A DNA stretch of 64,000 nt from an uncultured Candidatus Saccharibacteria bacterium (GTDB lineage: Bacteria > Patescibacteriota > Kazan-3B-28), in contig CAYSVM010000002.1 of assembly GCA_964434605.1 (NCBI GenBank), forward strand, positions 64,047 to 128,046. The letters run 5' to 3'. The number at the start of each line of letters is the position of its first letter. Within the stretch, counting starts at the first letter, position 1. The translations under genes were made by a program, and so were the position numbers. The notes beneath the pieces are model-generated. The model searched no databases and had not been told where the DNA came from. It saw only the letters and a program-made list of their open reading frames with translations. Shown one piece after another: positions 9,211 to 18,525 of the stretch.

Positions 9211-10571
9211 TTTTGATTCCTCAGTTCTTCTAATAGTTCTTTTCCAAATACATTAGCTTGTCCTGCCCCAAGAGTTACAACCACATCTCCAGGAAATATG
9301 GCACCAAGCATATATTGTTTAATAGCAGAAAAATCTCCGACATATTTTGCATTGTTACTTTCTTCGTTTATCGCCTCAACCAAATCTTCGCTACTAATAG
9401 ATCTCTTGTCTTCCTCACTGTCTCGTACTGCATATATCGGTGCCACTACTACTTCATCTGCATCATGAAAGCTTTTGGCAAAGTTATCCAACAATATCCT
9501 AGTTCTACTGAACTGGTGCGGATGAAAAACCACCATTAGTCTTCTTCCTTGGAAATACTGCCTGGCACCTTCCAGTAGAGCATGCACTTCCGTCGGATGG
9601 TGAGCGTAATCGTCTAGAAAAGTAATTCCTTTCGTTGTCCCAATAATTTCAAACCTTCTCGAAGCACCTTTGAATTCATCCTGCAAAGTGTGTTTAATTG
9701 TGGCATCATCCACCCCTAATTCTTTGGCAATAGCCCAACTCATTACCGCATCTGTCACATTGTGCCTACCCGGTACTTGTAGATGCAGTCTCACCCCATT
9801 TACTGAGAAATATAACCTGCCTTCTATAAACCCTAAATCGCGTCCTCGAACATTGTTGTTTTCGCCCATTCCCGCCCAAATAACCCGTGGGGGATTCGCT
9901 CTTTCAACCACCTCCCGTACGTTGTCATCATCCCCATTGGCAATTACTACTCCATCTTTTGGTAGCAACTTAACAAAATCTACAAAAGCCGACTCAATAT
10001 CCTCTAAATCTTTGTAGTAATCCAAGTGATCTGCCTCAATATTAGTCAACGCAATAATCTTTGGGCGCAGGTCCATAAAGCTACGATCATATTCACATGC
10101 TTCCACCACCATTACTGGACCATTTCCCATGACAAAATTAGATTTCAGATTTTTTACCTCCGCTCCAATCAATGCAGTGGGGTTCCTTCCTCCGGCCTGC
10201 AGGATTAAAGTAACCATTGTCGTGGTAGTGGTTTTTCCATGTGTACCACTAATTGCCACCCCTATTTTCTGTTTCATTAAATCACCCACCACTTCTAGTC
10301 TTCTACGAATGGGAATACCCAGCTTCTTTGCTTCTTGTATTTCTGGATTAGTCTCTGGGATAGCTGCGGAATAGATTACCCCATCCATCTCTTTTGTAAT
10401 ATGTGTAGCGTTATGCCCAACAAACACCCTAATCCCTGCCTCTTCTAGGTCCTGACGGGCCTCAAAGTCATTCAGATCGCTCCCTTCCACTGTATTACCC
10501 AAACCAGCCAGTAATCTTGCTACTGCCTGCATTCCAATCCCCCCGATACCGATAAGAAAATATTTTTTCAT
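9207..10571 (-). CDS. murC: UDP-N-acetylmuramate--L-alanine ligase MurC
   Basis: N-terminal GIGGIGMQAVARLL, P-loop GTHGKTTTTTMV and Mur ligase C-terminal motifs. Start placed at MKKYFLIG, whose ATGA overlaps the upstream gene's stop. Confidence 0.9.
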   Translation of the reverse strand: MKKYFLIGIGGIGMQAVARLLAGLGNTVEGSDLNDFEARQDLEEAGIRVFVGHNATHITKEMDGVIYSAAIPETNPEIQEAKKLGIPIRRRLEVVGDLMKQKIGVAISGTHGKTTTTTMVTLILQAGGRNPTALIGAEVKNLKSNFVMGNGPVMVVEACEYDRSFMDLRPKIIALTNIEADHLDYYKDLEDIESAFVDFVKLLPKDGVVIANGDDDNVREVVERANPPRVIWAGMGENNNVRGRDLGFIEGRLYFSVNGVRLHLQVPGRHNVTDAVMSWAIAKELGVDDATIKHTLQDEFKGASRRFEIIGTTKGITFLDDYAHHPTEVHALLEGARQYFQGRRLMVVFHPHQFSRTRILLDNFAKSFHDADEVVVAPIYAVRDSEEDKRSISSEDLVEAINEESNNAKYVGDFSAIKQYMLGAIFPGDVVVTLGAGQANVFGKELLEELRNQK

Positions 10572-11179
10572 GTATCTATTTCCGCTATCACCACATATCT
10601 CCTTAAGGCAGTTCCTAGTGGCCATGAAGTCTGCAGTGTCAAAAGCTTTTCTTTTCCATCTCCCTGGGACAATACACTTACATCCTTTGGTTCAACTATC
10701 TTCTTCTCTCGTGCCTTGTATATGAATTGTTGCCCCAAATAATTCGTAATATATATTTCGGCACCTTCCTCAATCTTCGGCAAAATTGCAAATACCGTTT
10801 TGTAGTTTCCCTTCTTGAAGGCATAGTCTGACGAATGTCCGAAATAATATGCATTCCCAATCTCACCAGGCAATGCGGTAGATGGATAATGCACCACTCC
10901 TTGTTCCAATCCTCGCTGGAAAGTTACTTCGTCAGTTTCTGTTACATACACTAGGGGAGCTTCTAGCCCAAGAGATGGAATCGCTAATGTATCTGGCTTT
11001 CCACTAATGACTTCCTGTGTTGTTGTACTCGTATCTCTATTTAAGACATCGTATGTCCACCAAGCCGATGTTTGTTTAGCAAAGTAGCTCCAATTGGCAA
11101 CAACCAGAATTAAAAGAAGAAATATTCCAAGCTTTATAACATCAGGCCAGATTTTCCTACTATTCTTTTGCTTCATCAA
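10568..11179 (-). CDS. Sortase-fold protein with Ser in place of the catalytic Cys (sortase-like)
   Basis: N-terminal TM anchor. Alignable by eye to S. aureus SrtA: GHSS vs IAGHT, LLTLQTSWP vs LTLITCDD, RRYVVIAEI vs RKIFVATEV. The Ser is a TCA codon. Confidence 0.6.
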   Translation of the reverse strand: MMKQKNSRKIWPDVIKLGIFLLLILVVANWSYFAKQTSAWWTYDVLNRDTSTTTQEVISGKPDTLAIPSLGLEAPLVYVTETDEVTFQRGLEQGVVHYPSTALPGEIGNAYYFGHSSDYAFKKGNYKTVFAILPKIEEGAEIYITNYLGQQFIYKAREKKIVEPKDVSVLSQGDGKEKLLTLQTSWPLGTALRRYVVIAEIDT

Positions 11180-12269
11180 TAATTAGCTTAGCAATTGTGT
11201 CTGCTGCCGTTTTAGATACCTCACCGAACTCTTTCATTTTATCCGACATTGCCCTCCTACGGACATCATCTTCCATTAGTTCAGTAACTGCTGCCAGTAA
11301 CCTCCTGCCATCCAGTAGATCTGGAGAAAGAACTACTGCCGCTCCTTTATCAGCCAAACCTGTTGCATTCTTCATCTGGTGGTCACTCGCAGAATTTGGC
11401 AAGGGGATTAGCACTGCTGGCTTCCCTAGTACTGCCAATTCAAAAACAAAAGAACCTGAACGAGATACCACCAAGCTTGCTTCATGTAAAGCAGAAAGAA
11501 AGATTTTTCTATCAAATTCAAATGGCAAATATCTTTCCATTATTTCTGGATTCAAATCTCCTTTGCGTCTTTCCGCTTCTCCAATATCTAGTTTGCCAAT
11601 TTGATGCGCAACATTGAACTTGTAAAGAAGCTCAGATAAAACCTCCCAAACTGCTATGTTAATAGAATGTGCACCTTGTGAACCCCCTGTAATTAAAATT
11701 GTCGGCAGGGGATTAGTGAATAGTTTCTCCCCTTTCCAAGTCAAAAGATCTTGCGCTACCGGTAGTCCCGTGTAAACAAATTTATCCACATATTTCCCCA
11801 ACTTTGGTTCATTCTGCCAATAGTTTTGTATCGGCCAGGCCACTGCAAGTTTATTTGCAGATCTAAGCGCAATTTTATTCGCCAAACCCAAATGGTTATC
11901 CGACTCATGCACTACCACGGGAATACCAAGGCGTTTAGCTGCTATTACCACAGGAAGAGATACGTATCCCCCCTTAGCAAAAACTACTGCAGGGCCAAAG
12001 CGTTTCAGAATCCTTCCCGCCTCCCATATCCCAAGCCAGAATCTAAATAAGTCTGTAAAGTTTTCTAAACTCAAATACCTCCGCAGTTTCCCTGCGTGAA
12101 TTCCCCTGAAAGCTATTCCTGCTGATTCTACTAATCTCCTATCTTCAGCTCTTTTTGAGCCGACATACAGCAGTTCCACTCCAGGAAGCCTATCTCTGAG
12201 AGATTCGGCGATTGCCAGGGTTGGCAAAATATGTCCGCCAGTCCCCCCACCCGCCAATAAGATTCTCAT
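11160..12269 (-). CDS. murG: Undecaprenyldiphospho-muramoylpentapeptide beta-N-acetylglucosaminyltransferase MurG
   Basis: N-terminal MRILLAGGGTGGHI glycine loop and the GT-B C-terminal motif GGSQGA. Confidence 0.9.
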   Translation of the reverse strand: MRILLAGGGTGGHILPTLAIAESLRDRLPGVELLYVGSKRAEDRRLVESAGIAFRGIHAGKLRRYLSLENFTDLFRFWLGIWEAGRILKRFGPAVVFAKGGYVSLPVVIAAKRLGIPVVVHESDNHLGLANKIALRSANKLAVAWPIQNYWQNEPKLGKYVDKFVYTGLPVAQDLLTWKGEKLFTNPLPTILITGGSQGAHSINIAVWEVLSELLYKFNVAHQIGKLDIGEAERRKGDLNPEIMERYLPFEFDRKIFLSALHEASLVVSRSGSFVFELAVLGKPAVLIPLPNSASDHQMKNATGLADKGAAVVLSPDLLDGRRLLAAVTELMEDDVRRRAMSDKMKEFGEVSKTAADTIAKLIIDEAKE

Positions 12270-13374
12270 CTTTGTGTGTGATTATAGTCTGCTTAGAGAT
12301 ATTCAGGAGTATACCAGAAGCGGCCAATACCATCACTAAGGATGTACCGCCCAAACTAATAAATGGCAGGGGAATACCTGTTAGTGGGAAAAGCCCCAAC
12401 AAGGCCCCCATATTGAGTACTGCCTGGAAACCAATCCATCCGGTAATACCCATAGCCAATAACCTTCCAAACATATCCGGAGCTCTTCTAGCGATAAGCA
12501 AACCTCGCCAAATAATAATGGCAAATCCAGCGATTAGCGCCAGACAACCAATCATCCCCAGCTCTTCGCCAATGACGGCAAAGATAGAGTCCGAGGATGC
12601 CTCTGGTAAGAAATTGTATTTCTGTCGACTTCGACCATATCCAAGTCCAAATAACCCACCCGAACCAATCGCTAATAATGCCTGATTAATATGGTAGCCC
12701 GAACCTAATGGATCTGCATTTGGATTTAGAAAAGTAAGAAAGCGGCTCAACCGATATGGCGCCAACTTGATTAAAATCAAAATACTACCCAGCCCACCTC
12801 CAATCAGTGTTATAATTTGCCCCCAAGTTGCCCCTGCCACCATATACATGGACCCGGTAATAAGAGCCAAGGATACCGCTGTGCCCATATCCGGCTCTTG
12901 AATAATAAGAATAAAAGCCAAACCGAGCATCATCACAAACGGAAGAAAAGTATTATAAAAATCAGTTATCTTGCTTCCTTTACGCTCGAACCACCATGCC
13001 AAATATATTATCATCGCAAACTTCATCGATTCACTTGCCTGCCAAGTAAATCCGCCAATCGCTATCCATCTTCTCGCTCCTCCTGCTTCCAAACCAATGC
13101 CAGGAATAAGTACTGCAATAAGCAAAATTCCACTAATAACCAAAAGTGGCCAAGCTATCTTTTTCCACCAATGGTAATCTAATTTAGAAAAAAACCACCA
13201 TAGAAACAACCCCAGCAAGGCAAATCCAGCTTGACGAAAGAAATAGTAGTTATTAGACCCCGTAGCATCAAAAGATTGTACCACCGAAGCAGATGAAACC
13301 ATTACCAAACCAAAAATTACCAATATAATCGTGGTAATTGCCAAATAATAATCTTGCCTGTGGTAATTTCTCAC
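12190..13374 (-). CDS. ftsW: Peptidoglycan glycosyltransferase FtsW (SEDS family)
   Basis: About 10 TM helices with SEDS-typical loops; the 3' end overlaps the murG start by ~80 nt. Confidence 0.85.
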   Translation of the reverse strand: MRNYHRQDYYLAITTIILVIFGLVMVSSASVVQSFDATGSNNYYFFRQAGFALLGLFLWWFFSKLDYHWWKKIAWPLLVISGILLIAVLIPGIGLEAGGARRWIAIGGFTWQASESMKFAMIIYLAWWFERKGSKITDFYNTFLPFVMMLGLAFILIIQEPDMGTAVSLALITGSMYMVAGATWGQIITLIGGGLGSILILIKLAPYRLSRFLTFLNPNADPLGSGYHINQALLAIGSGGLFGLGYGRSRQKYNFLPEASSDSIFAVIGEELGMIGCLALIAGFAIIIWRGLLIARRAPDMFGRLLAMGITGWIGFQAVLNMGALLGLFPLTGIPLPFISLGGTSLVMVLAASGILLNISKQTIITHKDENLIGGWGDWRTYFANPGNRRISQR

Positions 13375-14771
13375 AACTTCTTCACTATCCTACTAAATTG
13401 TTCACCTCTATCATAAGCATCTTTAAACATATCGAAACTTGCACATGCTGGAGATAAAATCACCGCCCCTTCTTTTTTCACTGCCATATAAGCTACTTTT
13501 ATTGCTTCATCAAATTTCTTCGCAGTCTTTATCGGCACATATGGAGCAAACTTCTTAAAAATCTTTTTAAACTTATCCGCTGACTGCCCAATCAGGACAA
13601 CCAATTCAACATTTGCTTTAGCAACTGTCTTCGCTAATCCTTTTACATCTCCTCCCTTTGCCACTCCACCGATAATCATTGCTTTAGGCATTTCTGCAAA
13701 AGCCAGTGCCGCTGCCGATGCAGCCTCTGGTGTAGTGCCCAATGAATCATTCACGAAGATAGTTTTTCCAATAGCCCGCACAATCTCCAGCCTATGATGC
13801 AATCCCTTAAAAGACCTCAATCTTCCTTCGATCCGCTTTACTGGCGTACCTGCAACAATTGCCGCAGCAACTGCTGGCAAAATATTCTGCCACATATGTT
13901 CACCACGCAGTTTCGTTGCCGAAGTAGAAGCCACCACTTGTCTGCATCCTTTTTCATTACGGTAAATTATTTCACCACCAGAAAGATAAACGCCTTTTTT
14001 CAAAATCTGTCGAGTAGAAATAGGACAAGCTTTTCCCTTAGCTTGTTGTAATGCTATCCGAGTCGTTGGAAAATCTTTAGACGCCACTAAGATATCTTTT
14101 TTCTTTTGATACTTGTATATATTCTGTTTAGCCAACAAGTATTTGGAAAATGTCTTATGCCTATCCAAATGCTCTGGTACCACATTTAACATCACTGCAA
14201 TTTGCGGACTTCTATTCAAATCCTCCAGCTGGAAACTAGAAAGCTCTAAAACTACCCAGTCGGACTTCCTCAATTTTTTTAATAAAGGAATAGGGGAATG
14301 TCCAATATTTCCCGCCAAATACACCCGCCTCTTACTACCACCAAGTAAGTGGTGTGTAAGACTAGCTGTCGTGGATTTTCCCTTAGTTCCCGTTATACCA
14401 ACTATATGTGCAGGACAAAGTTCAAAAAACAGGTGAGTCGTACTACTAATTTCAACACCTTTTTTCTGTGCCTGCCGAAATTCTTTTTTCTGCAAGGGGA
14501 TTCCAGGACTTCTGAACACTACATCGAAATCCTCTAAGCTATCTAAATGATTTGCACCTAAACGAAACTTGGCTCCCAGTTTCTTTGCTTCCTGATATCT
14601 CGTTCCCAGTTTCTGTCGATTAGCTACATCCAGTACTGTTACATCCGCACCTTGTTGGGAAAGAAATTTTACCAAATCTGAGCCTTCGCGCCCAAGTCCC
14701 AAAATTGCGTATTTTTTGCTTTTTTTGATACTCCTAATCACCAATCTATTATATCTCAAAGCGTCCCCCAT
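13371..14771 (-). CDS. murD: UDP-N-acetylmuramoylalanine--D-glutamate ligase MurD
   Basis: P-loop GITGTKGKSTTASL and Mur ligase middle and C-terminal domains. Confidence 0.9.
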   Translation of the reverse strand: MGDALRYNRLVIRSIKKSKKYAILGLGREGSDLVKFLSQQGADVTVLDVANRQKLGTRYQEAKKLGAKFRLGANHLDSLEDFDVVFRSPGIPLQKKEFRQAQKKGVEISSTTHLFFELCPAHIVGITGTKGKSTTASLTHHLLGGSKRRVYLAGNIGHSPIPLLKKLRKSDWVVLELSSFQLEDLNRSPQIAVMLNVVPEHLDRHKTFSKYLLAKQNIYKYQKKKDILVASKDFPTTRIALQQAKGKACPISTRQILKKGVYLSGGEIIYRNEKGCRQVVASTSATKLRGEHMWQNILPAVAAAIVAGTPVKRIEGRLRSFKGLHHRLEIVRAIGKTIFVNDSLGTTPEAASAAALAFAEMPKAMIIGGVAKGGDVKGLAKTVAKANVELVVLIGQSADKFKKIFKKFAPYVPIKTAKKFDEAIKVAYMAVKKEGAVILSPACASFDMFKDAYDRGEQFSRIVKKL

Positions 14772-14821
14772 CCCCTATCTGGTAAAAACCACTAAAAAAT
14801 GCGCTCCCAGACCTGATTTTC

Positions 14822-14850
14822 TTGACTTCTAATCTGATATCTGCTACACT
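14822..14850 (+). promoter_or_regulatory. Sigma-70-like promoter TTGACT-17-TACACT for the 14885 ORF
   Basis: Hexamers with 17-nt spacing ~35 nt upstream of a GTG start that is preceded by an extended SD GAGGAGGTGATCC. Confidence 0.35.
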
Positions 14851-14884
14851 TTTGCCATCTTGTTCTTTGAGGAGGTGATCCCCG

Positions 14885-15304
14885 GTGCCCCACTGGAATG
14901 TGAGGTTCTGGGTTCCGTTGTACTCAAAGGAAGATGGAATATATCCATCTCTGCGAGTAATTCAGGTAGAAGCTCCTGATTACAACGGAGCAGTTGACAA
15001 CACGCCAACCGGCGATGTTGCTGATAAGGTTAGAAATGCAGGAATCGTTTGTAGAATCGCGGGAGACGCTAAAGGCAACGGGAAAAAGTATCCCTACATT
15101 GCCTTTAGTGGTATTCCAGACGCGGGATACCACTACGACTGGCCCGGCTTCAAGCCAGGAACACAGCTCCTGATTTTCCGAGCACGCAACGATAGGCAAG
15201 CAAGAGCCTATGCAAGAGCACTCTTCCATGGCGAAGAACCAGCTTTTGTAAAAAGGCTGACCGTAAAACGCTTGCCCATTCGTCCCTTTCAAAACCCCGC
15301 ATAA
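14885..15304 (+). CDS. Hypothetical protein (139 aa) inserted in the dcw cluster
   Basis: GTG start 5 nt after an 11-nt perfect SD (AGGAGGTGATC); GC-richer than the surrounding genes; a clean intrinsic terminator follows immediately. Confidence 0.55.
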   Translation: MPHWNVRFWVPLYSKEDGIYPSLRVIQVEAPDYNGAVDNTPTGDVADKVRNAGIVCRIAGDAKGNGKKYPYIAFSGIPDAGYHYDWPGFKPGTQLLIFRARNDRQARAYARALFHGEEPAFVKRLTVKRLPIRPFQNPA

Positions 15305-15318
15305 GTTGCGGGGTTTTT
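15291..15318. terminator. Intrinsic terminator (ccccgc-ataagtt-gcgggg + TTTTT), bidirectional between convergent genes
   Basis: aaaaccccgcataagttgcggggttttt: A-run, 6-bp GC stem, T-run; shared by the plus-strand ORF and the convergent sigma gene. Confidence 0.6.
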
Positions 15319-15321
15319 GCT

Positions 15322-16395
15322 TTACCCGTTCCCTTCTTGTTCCATCTTCTGCTGCATCCTTTTCAATGCCCTCAATTGTCTGTTCAGCTTTGTAATTGCT
15401 TTTACTTCAATTTGTCTGATCCATTCTCTAGTAACTCTACCCTCACTTCTAAAGAACTCTCTACGGTCTCTAATCTCATCCAGTGTTTGCGGGTCTCCCC
15501 CATCTAACCCATACCGAAGAATTAACACCAATCGTTCTTTTTCACTTAACTTGGTCAAACCAAACAACTGTTCCAGCTCTTTGTGTACCAACATATCTTC
15601 AATGGCTCGTTCCGTCCCCTGCCGACTAGTATCTGGATAATGATCAACTGCCAAAAATGTATCCCCTCCCTTCCCAATCATTTCCCTATCTAAAGAAAAA
15701 GTACTTCGACATCTCTCCTTGATGTCACGAATCTTTTTGATAGACAAACCTGTCGCTTCAGCCACCATTGCTTCATCTGGAATACAACCAAACTCTTGAA
15801 CTATTGCATCTTCTGCTTTTATGATGCTCTGTTTTTTATCTAAAATATTCTCTGGCTTAGTGATCACATCTCCCTCGTCTCTCATTCCACGTAAAATTCT
15901 TTGACGAATCCACCAAGTCGCATAGGTTGATAACTTGAAGCCCCGATCAGGATCAAACTTATCAACCGCTACTATCAGCCCTTCATTGCCCATGGAAATT
16001 AGGTCGTCCAACGTCAACCTCCGACTTCCATACCTACTCGCAATAGAGGCAACTAAACGCAAATTAGCCTTCACCAAATGATCTCTTGCATCTTTTCTCT
16101 GTTCGTCCGTCAGACTCTCGTCACGCATTCTTTTGAAATAATACGCTTCTTCTTCACGAGTCAGTAAGGGGACCTTATACATATTTATGAAATAGGCTGA
16201 TCTCGAATCAGCTAGTGCTTCTTCCTCGAAATCTTTTTGTTCACAGTACTCTCTTCTTGTAAGTTTTTTGCCATTGTTGTCAGCCGGTTCTTCAGGTTCC
16301 ACAAACTCGTCCGACAATTCGTCAGATTCAGCTACCTCAACCCTACTGTCCCTTTTTGGCCCAGTTTCGAAATTCCTCATATTTTCAGCTCTCAT
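15322..16395 (-). CDS. RNA polymerase sigma-70 family factor (primary-like, regions 2-4)
   Basis: Region 2 motifs [18 protein letters not shown] and YATWWIRQ; region 4 HTH near the C-terminus; acidic N-terminal region. Confidence 0.85.
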   Translation of the reverse strand: MRAENMRNFETGPKRDSRVEVAESDELSDEFVEPEEPADNNGKKLTRREYCEQKDFEEEALADSRSAYFINMYKVPLLTREEEAYYFKRMRDESLTDEQRKDARDHLVKANLRLVASIASRYGSRRLTLDDLISMGNEGLIVAVDKFDPDRGFKLSTYATWWIRQRILRGMRDEGDVITKPENILDKKQSIIKAEDAIVQEFGCIPDEAMVAEATGLSIKKIRDIKERCRSTFSLDREMIGKGGDTFLAVDHYPDTSRQGTERAIEDMLVHKELEQLFGLTKLSEKERLVLILRYGLDGGDPQTLDEIRDRREFFRSEGRVTREWIRQIEVKAITKLNRQLRALKRMQQKMEQEGNG

Positions 16396-16453
16396 GGCTC
16401 TAAAACAGCCTTTCGCTGACCATTATTCACCCTAAAGAAGTTTTGTGCAACCC

Positions 16454-16912
16454 CTATTTATTTAGCACCCAAAAGCTATATGCCAGATAGGTTGCAAATG
16501 CCACCCACAGAGCATATGGGATAAGAAGGATTGCAGACCACCGAACTCTCTTCCACATCAGCGAAATCAATACCAATACAGTTACCTCCAACACCAACAT
16601 TTCGACAATTGCTAATCCAACTTGCTGTTTAAAGAAGAAGAGATAGCTCCAGCCAGCGTTCAAAATTCCATTTACTACAAACCACCACACTACTGTAGTG
16701 TAAGATTGTCCTCTAGATTTCTGATTTAACCACAGGATCAGGGATATCGCCGATAGAATATAAATTATCGTCCAAACTGTTCCAATGACTCCTCCGCCTG
16801 GTGCAAAACTAGGAATACTTGCTTGGTTATACCAAGAAAACCCTTGATTCGTCAGCCAACTTCCGACACCACCAACCGCCAAAACACTTAAAATGACTGC
16901 TAAATATTTCAT
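16454..16912 (-). CDS. tspO: TspO/MBR tryptophan-rich sensory protein
   Basis: Five TM helices with SWYNQ...PSFAPGG...VWTIIY and W-rich loops typical of TspO. Confidence 0.75.
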   Translation of the reverse strand: MKYLAVILSVLAVGGVGSWLTNQGFSWYNQASIPSFAPGGGVIGTVWTIIYILSAISLILWLNQKSRGQSYTTVVWWFVVNGILNAGWSYLFFFKQQVGLAIVEMLVLEVTVLVLISLMWKRVRWSAILLIPYALWVAFATYLAYSFWVLNK

Positions 16913-16913
16913 T

Positions 16914-17312
16914 TTAGAATCTCACTTTTATCGAATACGATTTTGCATTTTGAGATAATCCCGAAGGATTATCTTTTTCAAATACCAATTTGCCCGTCGT
17001 ACCGACTGGCTGCGCTGGAAACTCTAATTCAGCATTAAACGGAACTTTTTTGTCCGTCATCCAATCCTCCTGTGCCTGCCCACTAGTCTGGGCGATTAAT
17101 TCATTCTTGTCATTCCACAACCGAATCGGAAACACCGCTTCAAAATACCAGCTTCCCACTGCTTCCCCTGTAATTTTCAGCGGACTCAAAATCTTAGAAT
17201 TAGCTACCGGCTGATCCACCACAATATCTGCATTTGTTCTTTGCCACCAGACAGTACCTAATCCAATAGCAAACAACATTGGTATCCAGATCCTTTTACT
17301 TATATTTTGCAT
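16914..17312 (-). CDS. Hypothetical secreted protein (132 aa), possibly a GerMN/Gmad2-like beta domain
   Basis: Signal-anchor N-terminus followed by a beta-rich domain; family assignment is speculative. Confidence 0.4.
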   Translation of the reverse strand: MQNISKRIWIPMLFAIGLGTVWWQRTNADIVVDQPVANSKILSPLKITGEAVGSWYFEAVFPIRLWNDKNELIAQTSGQAQEDWMTDKKVPFNAELEFPAQPVGTTGKLVFEKDNPSGLSQNAKSYSIKVRF

Positions 17313-17316
17313 ATAA

Positions 17317-18456
17317 CTACCTATATGACTTTATTTGTTTCCATTGTTCAGTTACCGTTCCACCTAATCCGATTAGCGTTATCCATAAACTACCTAACCA
17401 TCCTACAACAGGAACAACCGTCAGAAGACCGAGAATCAATGTTCCAACCAATACACTCCCCAATTGCAACCATGCCGTTTTCTCGCTTCGTACCAATACT
17501 CGTCCTATATAATACGCACCATTTATTGCCCCTAATATAACTATTAGGGCGTAAATAATGCCCAACAAGATTGCCAAAGGAATTCCTACCACAGTCATTG
17601 CCAGAATCACCATTGCAAATGGTGCAAGAATAATGGTGAGCAAACCATATCCAAGCATATTCCAATACTTCTTCCTTATCTCATCTGCCACTCTTGGCAT
17701 GTATTTCGGCAACAAGAGAACCAAGAGCAAGCCTAAGATAAACATCCCTAGTAATTTCCAGAAAACCAGGAATACCGTCATTCCTACAAACACACCAAAC
17801 ATACCCATCTTCCCCATCTGTTTGAATACTATCTTATGAAACTCTACTTTTCCCGCATTTTTGGAAAAATCTGGATTCTCCTTCTCTGCCCAGTATCTAA
17901 GCAACCCTCCAATCTTAGCTTTTTCTTTGATAGTAAAATTACTGCCCGTATGGATGTCCGCATTTCCCCCTATTATCCCAGAAACAGAGATTATATCGGC
18001 CGCTAGTCTGGCATTACCCAATACTTTTCCATTTAAAGTCAGATTTCCTGCGCCAGTAACAATATCTCCCTTAACCACTGCTGCACTACCCAAAACTACC
18101 GTACCTCCCCCTATTAGCAAGTCATCTCCAATTGTTCCATAGATGTTAACTTGTCCACCACCTATTCGAAGATCATCACCAACATTACCCCGAATAATTA
18201 CTGTCCCTCCCATAACCAGGATATCTCCGCTAACATTCGCATCTACATCTATAGTCCCTCCACAAGCAATTAGATCTCCCTGAATAGGTTTGGAAATAAC
18301 AATACTATTTCCTGCAGCATATAAATCGTCATTCAAAGGCTGGTCAATAGCAACTGTACCATCTTTGGGTGCCAAAAGGGTCGGTGCCGCCATTGTCATT
18401 GTGGTCGACATCCCCAGCACTAAAACCGTACCGAAAACAAAAAATATCTTTTTCAT
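17317..18456 (-). CDS. Bactofilin-like (polymer-forming beta-helix repeat) protein with C-terminal multi-TM domain
   Basis: Signal peptide, then repeated GDxxVxGGxVxIxGNVxGDL units (DUF342/CcmA-like), then 4-5 TM helices. Confidence 0.5.
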   Translation of the reverse strand: MKKIFFVFGTVLVLGMSTTMTMAAPTLLAPKDGTVAIDQPLNDDLYAAGNSIVISKPIQGDLIACGGTIDVDANVSGDILVMGGTVIIRGNVGDDLRIGGGQVNIYGTIGDDLLIGGGTVVLGSAAVVKGDIVTGAGNLTLNGKVLGNARLAADIISVSGIIGGNADIHTGSNFTIKEKAKIGGLLRYWAEKENPDFSKNAGKVEFHKIVFKQMGKMGMFGVFVGMTVFLVFWKLLGMFILGLLLVLLLPKYMPRVADEIRKKYWNMLGYGLLTIILAPFAMVILAMTVVGIPLAILLGIIYALIVILGAINGAYYIGRVLVRSEKTAWLQLGSVLVGTLILGLLTVVPVVGWLGSLWITLIGLGGTVTEQWKQIKSYR

Positions 18457-18525
18457 ATCTAAAATTTAGACCAATATACCAACATCTATTATACCTCTCC
18501 CTCTTCCCTAAGGTACAATTGATCT

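Noticed and set aside
14868-14882. Sequence GAGGAGGTGATCC identical to the reverse complement of the 16S rRNA 3' end
   Set aside because: It is an mRNA Shine-Dalgarno in front of a GTG start, not an rRNA fragment; no other rRNA-like sequence is nearby.
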